Positions 8,491 through 18,528 of a stretch of 38,721 bases of DNA are shown piece by piece. Origin of the DNA: a virus (Duplodnaviria > Caudoviricetes); IMG/VR virus record IMGVR_UViG_3300020045_009774, positions 1-38,721 of that record; one strand, given 5' to 3'. The position numbers were made by a program, and so were the translations under genes. The notes beneath the pieces are model-generated. The model did not search any database and was not told the origin of the DNA. It worked only from the letters and a program-made list of their open reading frames with translations. Within the stretch, counting starts at the first letter, position 1. The number at the start of each line of letters is the position of its first letter.

Positions 8491-9680
8491 CAATTCCACT
8501 CATTACCATAAACTCAAGCGGTGTTACCGTACCCAGTGAAGCGGATGTTTTAGCGGGTACAGTTGACACGTTTAAAAATGTTTTCGGTGCTAACTTAAAT
8601 CTTGATGTAAATAATGCGTCGTCACTTGCAACGCCACAAGGTCAATTGGCTTCTGCTGTTTCCTACGTTATCAGTCGTGTTTATGATGTTTTTGGTTTTG
8701 TTCTTAATCAATTTAATCCGCGCTATGCAGTCGGAAGATTTCAGGATGGGCTAGCGTACATTAACGGCATAACCCGCAAACCAGCAACCGCAACTGTGGT
8801 GTCTTTGACGTGCTACGGATTAGATGGCACACAAATAATCTCAGGCACGACAAAAGCATCGGATATTTACGGCAGAACATACACCTGTATTGAGAGCGGT
8901 ACTATCGCGGGTGGTGTAGTCACTGTTGATTTTTCCTGTGACGTACTTGGGGCTATTGCTAGCCCTGCAAACACCGTAAACCGCATTGACTTAACCGTTA
9001 TTGGTTTGGACAGGGTTAATAATTTAACCGCAGGGGTAACAGGTGGAAATGTCGAAACACAGGCAGAAATGGAAGCTCGGCGTTATTTATCGGTGGGCGC
9101 GTTAGGTAGTGATACGGTCAGTGCTATTTATGGTAGTGTTTTTGCCGTGTCTGGAGTTACTGATTTATGGGTTGATGAAAATGACACCGATGTGAACTAC
9201 CCAAAGCGTGGGGTTACTCTTATCCCTCACTCAATCTTAGTGTGTGTCATTGGTGGCACTGACAATGATATTGCGCAAGCCATTATTAGTAGCAAAAGTG
9301 GCGGTTCAGCTATGAATGGAGATGTGATTGTTGAAATTGGTACAAAAACTGCAAAATTCTTTAGAGCGACACAGATAACGCTATCAGTGCGGGTAAAGGT
9401 AACATCAAGCCCTTTATTGCCAACAAACACCACCGACACTATTAAACAGTTGGTAGTTGATAGCGCAAATGGGTTAAACGGTCAAAAGCGGATTAGCATA
9501 GGCGAGCGTGTTGTTGCAAATCGCTTTACTGCTTACGTCCAGACAAACTTGCCTAATATTGAATTACAGGACATTGACGTGTCATTGAATGGCGGTACTT
9601 CGTGGCATGATTTAGTGTTAGTCAATGGCAATCAAATCGCTGTTATCGATACTTCAAATGTGAGCGTGTCGTATGTCTAA
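8487..9680 (+). CDS. baseplate J-like protein
   Basis: TPQGQLA, NP..A.GR.QD, G...ET.AE..ARR and IPHSI.V.V.GG motifs. Confidence 0.9.
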   Translation: MTIPLITINSSGVTVPSEADVLAGTVDTFKNVFGANLNLDVNNASSLATPQGQLASAVSYVISRVYDVFGFVLNQFNPRYAVGRFQDGLAYINGITRKPATATVVSLTCYGLDGTQIISGTTKASDIYGRTYTCIESGTIAGGVVTVDFSCDVLGAIASPANTVNRIDLTVIGLDRVNNLTAGVTGGNVETQAEMEARRYLSVGALGSDTVSAIYGSVFAVSGVTDLWVDENDTDVNYPKRGVTLIPHSILVCVIGGTDNDIAQAIISSKSGGSAMNGDVIVEIGTKTAKFFRATQITLSVRVKVTSSPLLPTNTTDTIKQLVVDSANGLNGQKRISIGERVVANRFTAYVQTNLPNIELQDIDVSLNGGTSWHDLVLVNGNQIAVIDTSNVSVSYV

Positions 9681-11766
9681 CCTCAAAACACTATCCACCT
9701 TTTTTAATCGCAATTTTAGTTTAACGCGCCTTGCTAATGCGTTAGCCGCTGAGTTTAACGCTCAATACATTTTAGATGATATTCACACGCATTTTTATGA
9801 CATCGAAACAGCGGACGGCTATTGGCTAGACGTGTGGGGGCGTATTGTCGCAATGCCTCGTTCTGTGTCGTTGCCTAGCACTGATTATTTTGGCTTTTAC
9901 GGTACACCGTTTACCCCGTTTAATCATGCGCCTTTTTATGGCGGCATTCCTGATTTAAACAACGTGACAATGGACGACACGATTTATCGAAAAGCGATAA
10001 AAGCTAAGGCATTAGCTAATCGTTCAGGTCGCGCAATTCCCGATATTAACGCCGTTTTAGCGTTGTTTTTAGATGCAACGTGTTACGCGCTTGATGGTTA
10101 TGATATGTCTATCACGTTATCTATCGCGCCATCGTGGGCAGGTAGCACGGAATTAGCTGTGATTATGTCAGATGTTTTAGGTTTACGACCTGCGGGGGTT
10201 AAGCTAAATTTTGTTTTACGCCTAACTTACGCTATAGCCCCAGACACCAGCACAATTAATGAAGCGGACAATAATGACGTGACATTTACAGTCACGACCG
10301 CAAACGTACCCGACGGCACGACGCTTTATTACACTGCTCTCGACATTACCACGGAGGGCGCGGCTGATTTAACGCCGATTAGTGGGTCGGTGATTATCAC
10401 GGGTAATGCTGGGAGTTTTGTTATTAGTGCGATTGCTGATTTATTGACTGAGGGTAGTGAGGGTTTTCAGTGTCAATTACGAACTGATAGCATAGCTGGG
10501 GCAGTAGTTGCAACAAGCATACTGATAACAATAACGGATTCAAGTACGTCTATCGCTTACACGGTTACGCCATCATCATTGGTTGTAAATGAGGGGGCTG
10601 TTCTTTCTGGCACTATCAGCACCGTAGGTATACCAGATAGCACAACGCTTTACTGGACAATTCTAAATGGCACAACGGCAAACGGTGATTTTTCGGCGGT
10701 GTCGGGTAGTGTTGTAATTATGACAAACACAGCTAGTTTTAATATATCGACTGTTGCTGATTTGACAACCGAAGGGGATGAAACATTTTCTATTCAGTTG
10801 CGCACTGGCGGTATTGCTGGGGCGGTGGTAGCGACAAGTAGCAGCATTACAATTGCTGATAATTCAGTAGCGCCAATTGCATTTATGGGGGGGATAATTC
10901 CTGTTGATATGATGGTTACTTCAACTGGTTCAGTATTAGTTGCTTCATCTTCCAACGACAATTACACAGGCTACATCCATAGTAGTGAAAATGCAATGGC
11001 TTCTTGGGCTCTTAGACTTACAACAGCAGTCCCATCTATCAGGTCTTTTAAGATAGTTTTCAGTAAACTAAGTAATGGAGACGTGCTATGTTTTGGTGGT
11101 GCGGCTATGGTGAACAGGAGTTCTAACAACGGAGTAACTTGGGATAGCACGATAATACCCGCGTTATCTACCAGTGACCAGATAAGAGCAAGCTTAGTTA
11201 CAAATTCAGGGGCTATTATTATCGGAACATTAACAATCTCTGGTACTAACAGAATCCTAAGAAGCGCTGATAACGGGCTTACATATACAAGCGTATCAAC
11301 GCAAGCCACAGGTGTGGAAACCCTAGAACTACTAGCCGATGGCAGCATAATAGCTGGAGTTCGCGGCACTACCTCATGCTCTTTTTATAAAAGTACTGAT
11401 GACGGCATTACTTGGGCTTTATTATCAACAATCACAGGGTTATCAGCTGGTAATCTTTTATGTGTAGTAAGACGGGCTGGTACAGATACCTTACTTGTAA
11501 CTACGCCGTCAGGTATATACCGAAGCACCGACTCTGGTGCCACTTGGTCGCTTGTATCTGCTCTTGTCGCTTACAACGTAGTGCAAAATAACGGCAAATG
11601 GTATATTGCAGTAGGGGCTGTTATTTATGTATCATCAAATGACGGCAGCACTTGGACTGTTTATTTTACTGCAAGCTCGGCACTGTATAGACTTAACGTA
11701 CATTACAACAAGTTGTACGCGCCACTCATTACAGGCACATCAATTTATAGATTATCCGCATTATAA
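9673..11766 (+). CDS. baseplate wedge protein (DUF2612/gpI-like) fused to two Calx-beta-like Ig repeats and an Asp-box beta-propeller
   Basis: N-term YDIETA.GY.LDVWGRIV...RPAGV; two ~105 aa repeats (NE..., TTLY.T, AD..TEG.E.F..QLRT..IAGAVVATS); five S.D/NG.TW/Y Asp-boxes. Confidence 0.8.
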   Translation: MSNLKTLSTFFNRNFSLTRLANALAAEFNAQYILDDIHTHFYDIETADGYWLDVWGRIVAMPRSVSLPSTDYFGFYGTPFTPFNHAPFYGGIPDLNNVTMDDTIYRKAIKAKALANRSGRAIPDINAVLALFLDATCYALDGYDMSITLSIAPSWAGSTELAVIMSDVLGLRPAGVKLNFVLRLTYAIAPDTSTINEADNNDVTFTVTTANVPDGTTLYYTALDITTEGAADLTPISGSVIITGNAGSFVISAIADLLTEGSEGFQCQLRTDSIAGAVVATSILITITDSSTSIAYTVTPSSLVVNEGAVLSGTISTVGIPDSTTLYWTILNGTTANGDFSAVSGSVVIMTNTASFNISTVADLTTEGDETFSIQLRTGGIAGAVVATSSSITIADNSVAPIAFMGGIIPVDMMVTSTGSVLVASSSNDNYTGYIHSSENAMASWALRLTTAVPSIRSFKIVFSKLSNGDVLCFGGAAMVNRSSNNGVTWDSTIIPALSTSDQIRASLVTNSGAIIIGTLTISGTNRILRSADNGLTYTSVSTQATGVETLELLADGSIIAGVRGTTSCSFYKSTDDGITWALLSTITGLSAGNLLCVVRRAGTDTLLVTTPSGIYRSTDSGATWSLVSALVAYNVVQNNGKWYIAVGAVIYVSSNDGSTWTVYFTASSALYRLNVHYNKLYAPLITGTSIYRLSAL

Positions 11767-11776
11767 AGAGCATCCA

Positions 11777-12994
11777 ATGACAATAGACTTTAACGCAGTA
11801 AACAAAATAACCACGCCCTTTGCAGAATTGGGCGACGCGGCTGATATTTTAGACACAGCTGGAACTGGAAGAATGAGCTGGAATTATGGCTCTCCAGTAG
11901 AAACAGAGGTAGATTCTCCACCATTCAGAATTGATTACAACGGCGTGCTAAAGCGAATTAGCCAAGCGTGCATCTCATTTTTTGCTGGTAAGCATTATAA
12001 ATTTGATAGTGCGTTTAGCACAGCCGTGGGCGGTTATCCATTGGGCGCGATTATTCAGCGCAATGATAATAATCGCCTGTTTTTATCGACTATCGACAAT
12101 AATACCAATAACCCAAACAGTGTTATGACAGGGTGGTTATTAGTGGGCGATGGCGGCAATGCTGATACGCTGGATGGATTACACGCCGATGCTTTTGCGC
12201 TCGCTGGTAATATCCCTGCTGTTATCGGAACATACAGCAACTTAACGATTAGTACAGGCGGCGCGGATAACATCATCAATATCAGCTATGATGAAATGAT
12301 TGTAAAAGCTGGTACATCGGCGCGGGTACTGCAAAATAGCGTTTTAGTATGTAATGCTGGTTTGTCTGGTATCGGTGGTTTAGATACAGGTAGTCGCACG
12401 GTTGATACATGGTACGCGCTTTATGTGATATTTAACCCAACGACTAATGTAGTTGACACCCTGTTGTCGCTTACATATCCAGCCCCGACTACACTGCCAA
12501 GCGGATTTACACACTTTGCGCGGGTTGGCTGGATTCGCACCGATAGCACGGCAAATAAGTACCCGCTTGGCATTATTCAGCACGGGAAAAAAGTAAGCTA
12601 CCGCGTGATAGCGGGTAGCAATACACCGTCTTTGCCAGTGCTTGTGAGTGGTGCAACTGGTACATTTGATTTCTTTGCCCCGACATGGGCAAGCGTAAGT
12701 GTATCCGCTTTATTGCCACCTACCGCCATAGCAATTAGCGGTACGGCAATCGGCTCGAGCGATTTAACGGGTGTTTTGTCATCGTATGTTATGGTTGCCC
12801 CAAATACGAGTTACGGCAGCGGTCAAAGCCTTAACCCGCCGCCAGTGTCTAATTTTGTCTGGGATTCTGGTACATGGGGGAGTGTTATTTTAGTTAATAC
12901 TGCGTTTACACTGTTTTTAGAAGCCCCCTCACTGGCTATCGTCATTGCTAACGCAACTGGCGCGGTTAGGGTTATGGGGTGGGAAGATTGTTAA
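11777..12994 (+). CDS. tail fibre protein
   Basis: ATG 11777; N-term baseplate-attachment motif YKFDSAFSTAVGGYPLGA; NADTLDG; GGLDTG...WYALY...LPSGFT..ARVG. Confidence 0.8.
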   Translation: MTIDFNAVNKITTPFAELGDAADILDTAGTGRMSWNYGSPVETEVDSPPFRIDYNGVLKRISQACISFFAGKHYKFDSAFSTAVGGYPLGAIIQRNDNNRLFLSTIDNNTNNPNSVMTGWLLVGDGGNADTLDGLHADAFALAGNIPAVIGTYSNLTISTGGADNIINISYDEMIVKAGTSARVLQNSVLVCNAGLSGIGGLDTGSRTVDTWYALYVIFNPTTNVVDTLLSLTYPAPTTLPSGFTHFARVGWIRTDSTANKYPLGIIQHGKKVSYRVIAGSNTPSLPVLVSGATGTFDFFAPTWASVSVSALLPPTAIAISGTAIGSSDLTGVLSSYVMVAPNTSYGSGQSLNPPPVSNFVWDSGTWGSVILVNTAFTLFLEAPSLAIVIANATGAVRVMGWEDC

Positions 12995-13012
12995 TTTTAA
13001 CAAGGATAAAAA

Positions 13013-13405
13013 ATGTCTAGTGAGGGAAAAGAATTTATATTGCCAGACGGCAAAGTCGCACAAGGGGTTGTTAGTGTTAATTCAGACGGCAGTGTTAATG
13101 GTGGTGGTGGTAACCCTATCACAAGCGACACACCATCAAGCGTAGCATCAAGCACAACATCGGTTACATTAATGGCGGCTAACGCTAACCGCCGAAGCCT
13201 AACGATTTACAATAATTCTACAGCAAACCTTTTCGTGTGTTTTGATGCAACCGCTACCGAAGCCGCTTGCAAAGTGCCATTGTCTGGCAAAGTGAATGGT
13301 ATCGGTGGCTTTTATGAAATGCCAACAGGACAAATTTATACAGGGGTTATCTCTGGAATTTGGGCTAGTGCCAATGGTAACGCATCAATTTATGAAGGAG
13401 CTTAG
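13013..13405 (+). CDS. small virion / fibre-associated protein
   Basis: AAN.NRR.L.I.NNS motif common in tail-region beta proteins. Confidence 0.55.
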   Translation: MSSEGKEFILPDGKVAQGVVSVNSDGSVNGGGGNPITSDTPSSVASSTTSVTLMAANANRRSLTIYNNSTANLFVCFDATATEAACKVPLSGKVNGIGGFYEMPTGQIYTGVISGIWASANGNASIYEGA

Positions 13406-13407
13406 TC

Positions 13408-14487
13408 ATGCCAGTAACTAATCCCGTTATAGTTTCTGATGCAACCATCTCAACTACAGATATAACCACTAACAACGCCACAATGTTAAAACATGGATTC
13501 CTGCCTAAGCTTTCAGGGGTTGCAGGGCAATTTTTAAACGGAGTAGGTAGTTGGACATCAGCAGGACTTACATACTGGACAGAATCAGAAACTCTGTATT
13601 TTGGAAAGTATTACACACGATTGTTGGCTACATCTGCACAGACTAACGCTGATGCTATTATAAGCCCTAAGGGCACAGGGGGTTTTTCATTACAAAAGGC
13701 AGATGGTACTGTAACTAGCGGTAACGCTAGAGGATTATATTCAGTTGACTTGTCTCTTCAAAGAACCGCAGCTAGCCAAGTAGCTAGCGGGGATTATTCT
13801 ATTAACGGTTCTTATTCTGGAACAGCTAGTGGGAATCAATCAGTTAATTTTGGGTATAGCGGTATAGCGTCTGGTCAAGCATCAGTTAATTTTGGATTTA
13901 TGGGGCTATCTTCACAGGTTTCTGCAATAAATTTAGCTGAAAGAGGCACGTCTTCTGGTATTTCCTCCGTAAATCTTGGATATGGAGGTATTGCAAGCGG
14001 TACTACTGCTGTAAATACTGGGTATGAAGGGTACGCTTTTTGTTTTGGTGAATGTACTCATAGCTCTGGCAAATTTACTACAGTTGGGGATGCACAACGT
14101 CGTGAACTCATACTTAGGGCAAATACAACAAGTGCTACACCCGTTAATCTAACAGCAGACCAAGGAGTAATTGGGACGCTTAACCAACTTATTTTACAAA
14201 ACAATCAATCTGTAACAGCACAGGTTTTAGTGGTTGCTAAAAAGTCTGGAACAACAGCTTCGACCGCTCATTTTAGACTTACGGTATGTGCAAGTCGTGG
14301 AACTTCGGCAGCAACAACAGTATTACATATCAATCCAGTTGTTGAAACACTCTGGAATCCTGATAACGCATCAATCGCGGTTACAGCCGATACGGCGAAT
14401 GGCGGCATAACCTTTACTGTAACAACGCCTACGGGAAACTGGCATACAGTAGCTGATATTTTCGCAATTTCAACAATTTACGCATAG
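13408..14487 (+). CDS. second tail fibre / receptor-binding protein with YadA-head-like repeats
   Basis: PKGTG, GNARG..SVDL; about six 14-aa repeats ASG..SVN.GY.G. Confidence 0.7.
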   Translation: MPVTNPVIVSDATISTTDITTNNATMLKHGFLPKLSGVAGQFLNGVGSWTSAGLTYWTESETLYFGKYYTRLLATSAQTNADAIISPKGTGGFSLQKADGTVTSGNARGLYSVDLSLQRTAASQVASGDYSINGSYSGTASGNQSVNFGYSGIASGQASVNFGFMGLSSQVSAINLAERGTSSGISSVNLGYGGIASGTTAVNTGYEGYAFCFGECTHSSGKFTTVGDAQRRELILRANTTSATPVNLTADQGVIGTLNQLILQNNQSVTAQVLVVAKKSGTTASTAHFRLTVCASRGTSAATTVLHINPVVETLWNPDNASIAVTADTANGGITFTVTTPTGNWHTVADIFAISTIYA

Positions 14488-14495
14488 GAGTTATC

Positions 14496-14780
14496 ATGGC
14501 AATCGAAAGAACAGTAATAGACGAATACGGCGATACTATTCAAAACGCGTACAGTAAAATCGTTTCTCAATCGAGCGATAACGCAAGTGAGAAAACAAAC
14601 TTTTCTTATTACGTTCAGACATGGAAAAGTAAAGCGGCTTATGAATCTGGTAAGCCGTGTATTCAGTCGCTTAATCATCGTGACGAGGTTATGATGGTGC
14701 ATTTAGAGAGTGTAGATATTGCAGGACTGTATGCGCATTTGATGACGCATGACAACTATAAAGATGGTGCGGCAGTATGA
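14496..14780 (+). CDS. putative fibre-associated / chaperone protein
   Basis: Directly after fibre; AY.KI...YAHL....Y.DG motif; AGGAG RBS. Confidence 0.55.
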   Translation: MAIERTVIDEYGDTIQNAYSKIVSQSSDNASEKTNFSYYVQTWKSKAAYESGKPCIQSLNHRDEVMMVHLESVDIAGLYAHLMTHDNYKDGAAV

Positions 14781-15445
14781 ACTCTAATCACCAGACCAAC
14801 ACACTAGGGTTTTTATCGGGTCTACCCGCGCTGTTTAAGTTTGGCACGGGTAATACACTGGGGTTTTCTGACTTGAAGGGTATTTACACTGCCCCGACTG
14901 GCGGCGGCACTGCACCCACTATTGAAAACTTTGATGGGGACTCAGACATCGGGTTTAATGCGTCGGATACTATCACATTTAAGTTTCATATTGACCATGT
15001 TGACGTTGTTGGTGGTGATAAGTTCTTACATATTCATGTTGGTATTGCTAGCGGTACGATTGCAAGTGTTAGTAATTTAGTAATAACGGCAGTAGTTCAA
15101 CACAGGTATCATAATTTACTGGGTAGTGGTGAACCGTTAAGAACTGGCAGCGAAGCATCAAAGACATTTACATTTACGTTGACACCTGCTGAGATTAACT
15201 CTACGGCAGGGGAAACATGGGTTGTGGAGCAGTTAATAGCTCAATCTGGCGGCAGTGCAAGCCTGCTAAACTCTGATTTATGGCTTACTGACGATGATAT
15301 AACTGTCACATCAACAGTGACAACAATGCCGACATTTTTGGGTGGTACGTCTCAAAAGTTTAGGTTTCCACATTGTGACTTGCACCGCAGGGTAACAATG
15401 GGTGGTACTTTTAAACGATTCTTTACTAATCTATCATTTGATTAG
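14777..15445 (+). CDS. hypothetical virion protein
   Basis: ATGA coupling; beta-rich; last gene of the tail operon. Confidence 0.55.
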   Translation: MNSNHQTNTLGFLSGLPALFKFGTGNTLGFSDLKGIYTAPTGGGTAPTIENFDGDSDIGFNASDTITFKFHIDHVDVVGGDKFLHIHVGIASGTIASVSNLVITAVVQHRYHNLLGSGEPLRTGSEASKTFTFTLTPAEINSTAGETWVVEQLIAQSGGSASLLNSDLWLTDDDITVTSTVTTMPTFLGGTSQKFRFPHCDLHRRVTMGGTFKRFFTNLSFD

Positions 15446-15461
15446 CTAAATTTTAGACAAT

Positions 15462-15496
15462 AAAAAACCCGCTAAGCCTTACGACTTGCGGGTTTA
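15462..15496. terminator. bidirectional terminator between convergent operons
   Basis: AAAAAACCCGC...GCGGGTTT. Confidence 0.7.
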
Positions 15497-15520
15497 TAAA
15501 ATAGAGTTAGTGTGCTGATT

Positions 15521-15886
15521 CTATTTCAACATTGATTTTGCTTTGTCATACAGTTTTTTCTGTATTACCCCTCTAAATCTAGTTCCATTTTTTACTAACC
15601 TCCAAAACTCTTTTTCATATTTGCTTCCATCATCAACAAACAAATCATTGCTTATAGCAACTTGAAGATTGCGAATAAAAACCTTTCGATACTGTATAGC
15701 CAACATAGCCACAATATCACGCGCTTCTTCAGTGCCTTTGCGGGGGGTGCGTATTGATGTAATTTCATCAAAATAAAAATTTCCTGTTTTTGAATAAATT
15801 TGATTTATCCCGACACGGGTAATAATTGATGGTTGCCCATAAACTATAGCCATATCACCAACAGCAAACGGTCTTTTATTGCTCAT
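15521..15886 (-). CDS. hypothetical protein, paralog of 1983..2378
   Basis: ATG 15886 coupled to upstream stop; shared motifs with 1983..2378. Confidence 0.7.
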   Translation of the reverse strand: MSNKRPFAVGDMAIVYGQPSIITRVGINQIYSKTGNFYFDEITSIRTPRKGTEEARDIVAMLAIQYRKVFIRNLQVAISNDLFVDDGSKYEKEFWRLVKNGTRFRGVIQKKLYDKAKSMLK

Positions 15887-16266
15887 GATTGCACCGTTGG
15901 CAGCGGAAGCCATACAAAATCATAAACTGCATGAGCGTTACCCTTTCCGCGCCAATCCGTGTAAAAACAATTATCTTCATTGTCATAATAAGCTGTGCAA
16001 ATCATTCCTTTTTCTTTGTTATAAGCGGTAAACTCACTGCCATCACGCGGTGCGTCTTTCATATCCTGCCAAGGTGCAAATTTCCACCATTCGGCGGCGG
16101 TTAGTGGGGTTAAATTATCAATTTCAAAATGACGTTTTCCAATTCCATCCATAAGTTCACCTTCGTATAAATTGGATTCGCCAGTTATCCTAACGATAGA
16201 GCCACTTGTTTTTACTTTACACAATACCCCTTGTGTAGGGATATTTTCATGCCATTTAGTTTCCAT
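15883..16266 (-). CDS. early phage protein (DUF551-like C-terminus)
   Basis: WQDMKDAPRDG...WLPLP motif. Confidence 0.6.
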   Translation of the reverse strand: METKWHENIPTQGVLCKVKTSGSIVRITGESNLYEGELMDGIGKRHFEIDNLTPLTAAEWWKFAPWQDMKDAPRDGSEFTAYNKEKGMICTAYYDNEDNCFYTDWRGKGNAHAVYDFVWLPLPTVQS

Positions 16267-16597
16267 TTATCACCTCTAATTTACTCAAAACAAAACATCG
16301 GCAGATTGCAATCATTGCGGTATCGCCTGTTGCCAACGAAAACACGTCTTCATTGTCTATTTTTGCAAACCAATTAATTACTTTTGGCTTTACCTCAACT
16401 CCCTCTCTCTGCATAATTTCCATGCACTGCGTGCCGTTGGTTGTCGGTGAATAATTAGCAATCCAATCGCCTTCACGGGTTAACCATACATCTTGATTAA
16501 GCCCTTGCGAAAAACCTTTTTGATACTTTTGTGCCAACGCCACCATTTCATCAAGTTCACTACCTGACGTGTTTAACGCCTGTTCTTTTGTAATCAT
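16256..16597 (-). CDS. NinX/DUF2591-like phage protein
   Basis: SG.ELD..VA, YSPTTN..QC..I, G.T..IAICR..V motifs. Confidence 0.65.
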   Translation of the reverse strand: MITKEQALNTSGSELDEMVALAQKYQKGFSQGLNQDVWLTREGDWIANYSPTTNGTQCMEIMQREGVEVKPKVINWFAKIDNEDVFSLATGDTAMIAICRCFVLSKLEVINGN

Positions 16598-17103
16598 TAT
16601 TGTGCCTTTTTTGGGTATTTCATTCTGTAATCACTGTAATCCACATCGGGGAAATCCCAGTTTACTTTGCAACCGCAAGAATCAAAAACAACCCACTCAA
16701 AACCGTTGTTGTTTGGACTATTAACCATAACCTCCACAACACCTCATGCCTTTGCGTCATCAATATCAAATGGTCGAGCGGCTGAGGTTTTGCGTCTAAC
16801 TTCATCTGTATATTCAATATCTTGGATGAAATCATTATTGCTTTCTGGCGTAATAACGCCATCGCCATCGACGGTATCAACTAGCGACTCCAACATTTGA
16901 TACGCATTATCACCATACACCGTGACATCATGTGCGAATAATTCAGGCATGGGTTTTAGTCGCACATCATGACATTCAAGTATCAATCTATTTAGCTAAT
17001 CATTGCCTGATAACGATAATCCGCAATCATCGGTAAACCGATCAAACGTCAATTCCCCAAACTCTTTAATTGTCATTGCCACTTTCACATTATCAATATT
17101 CAT
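16597..17103 (-). pseudogene. hypothetical gene with two in-frame stops
   Basis: ATG 17103 (ATGA-coupled) to TAA 16597 (TAATG-coupled) in one frame, broken by TAG 16996-16998 and TGA 16744-16746. Confidence 0.65.
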
Positions 17104-17297
17104 ACGTCATCTATGTTAATTCTCGCATTACCCCACGCATCATCTACAGATTCACTTGAATGACCGAGAACAAAAACTTCGTCACCCTCTTTTGCTAAAA
17201 CCAAAAAATACGGAATATCTTTTTTATGACACGGCTCATCTACCACGCATTTTGCAGATGGGTATTGTAACAATACAAAATTCATACCACTCATCAT
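17100..17297 (-). CDS. hypothetical protein
   Basis: ORF coupled to both neighbours; GAGG RBS. Confidence 0.6.
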   Translation of the reverse strand: MMSGMNFVLLQYPSAKCVVDEPCHKKDIPYFLVLAKEGDEVFVLGHSSESVDDAWGNARINIDDV

Positions 17298-17878
17298 CTA
17301 CCCCTCTTAATTTCATTTATAAACCACCCTTCAAACTGGTGCGGTGTCCACTCTTCATAATTAGACCGATACGTCCCATCGGCAAAATAATACTTCGAGT
17401 TAAACTCAAAACATGGCGAATTGGGATGGTTAACGTAAAAATGAATCACATAGTCACCGCGCCATGAGTTTTTATCGGTTTTGTCGTGTATTACGTTGCA
17501 AACTAACGCCGTTAAGCCGTTGACAAACGTGATTGTGTCTCCTTGTTTTAATTCTTTGTTGCTCTGCGATAAACACGTCAACTTCTTTTCTGCTAACGCA
17601 ATTTGTTCGGGCGTTGCTGGTTTGTCGTTAAAGTCTTCGTACAAATCAAGCAATTCATCACACTCAGCCAGTTCTTGCTCAACTTCAAATGTTTCAGTGT
17701 CGTTTGTTGCACTTAAATCAATCCACAAATCGCCTTTTTTGACATCTTCGCGGATTGACTGCACAATGTCTAAATCCATGCCAAGCAACTTTTTTGCAGC
17801 TTTACACGCAAGCTCATGTGTTGAGTGTGTACTTACTACGATTCCGCTAAAAGTTGCTACTACAATAAATTTACTCAT
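17294..17878 (-). CDS. hypothetical early protein
   Basis: 194 aa ORF, GGAG RBS, first gene of the leftward operon. Confidence 0.7.
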   Translation of the reverse strand: MSKFIVVATFSGIVVSTHSTHELACKAAKKLLGMDLDIVQSIREDVKKGDLWIDLSATNDTETFEVEQELAECDELLDLYEDFNDKPATPEQIALAEKKLTCLSQSNKELKQGDTITFVNGLTALVCNVIHDKTDKNSWRGDYVIHFYVNHPNSPCFEFNSKYYFADGTYRSNYEEWTPHQFEGWFINEIKRGR

Positions 17879-17879
17879 G

Positions 17880-18073
17880 ACACTCTCCGATTATTACAAG
17901 CATTTAAGCTGCTTGCCTAGCCTTGCCCCTTTTGGGCGTTTTCCGTATTTTCTTGCTTCCTTGGCTGAGTAATATACGCCTTTTTTAAAAAGTGTAAAGT
18001 TTTTATTTTGTTTTTATTTTGTTTTTATTTTGGTATGTTTAAGGTATGATATACGCTTATTTACAAAAAAGGA
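17880..18073. promoter_or_regulatory. divergent promoter region
   Basis: Leftward TTTACA-16-TATATT (17998-17971); rightward TATGAT at ~18045; T-rich spacer. Confidence 0.6.
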
Positions 18074-18307
18074 ATGATAATGGAAAACCCAAAAAAGAAG
18101 CCGCCAGTTTTAACGTGCGGCAAACACCTTGCTTATTTGATTTTTGAGACGTGGGAAGGTATTGGCGTTGTAACAGGGCTAGCAAAAACAACGTGCAGAG
18201 CATGGCGAAACAATAACATACCAACTAAGCACCGTGCGGCGATTTGCGCGGCGGCGATAACTAAGGGATGGGATGTTGAAGAAGATGACTTTAGGGGTGA
18301 TTTATGA
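18074..18307 (+). CDS. Cro-like HTH protein
   Basis: GL...T...WR.N.IP..H...I..AA pattern; first gene after the divergent promoters. Confidence 0.6.
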   Translation: MIMENPKKKPPVLTCGKHLAYLIFETWEGIGVVTGLAKTTCRAWRNNNIPTKHRAAICAAAITKGWDVEEDDFRGDL

Positions 18308-18528
18308 AAACAACATCAGAAATACAACAAGAACTTGACGCGCTAGAATCAGAACTAAGCCGCGAATATTGCGCGTAGCGATGAAATAAGCGAGACGTTC
18401 TGGGGCATGGAAAAGACATGGTGGCGTGGCACTTGCTAAGTGTTAGCGACGCGCTTGATGTGATTGCTTTTTGTGCTAAAAAGGCACTTGGTAAGATTGA
18501 TGATAATGTTGAGAGGTGGATGATATGA
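18304..18528 (+). pseudogene. small gene with two in-frame stops
   Basis: ATGA-coupled at both ends in a single frame; TAG 18376-18378 and TGA 18382-18384 inside. Confidence 0.55.

Noticed and set aside
17880-18307. Lysogeny switch (cI/cro)
   Set aside because: Only a Cro-like gene is present; the divergent gene has no HTH or S24 peptidase motif and no integrase lies in the window
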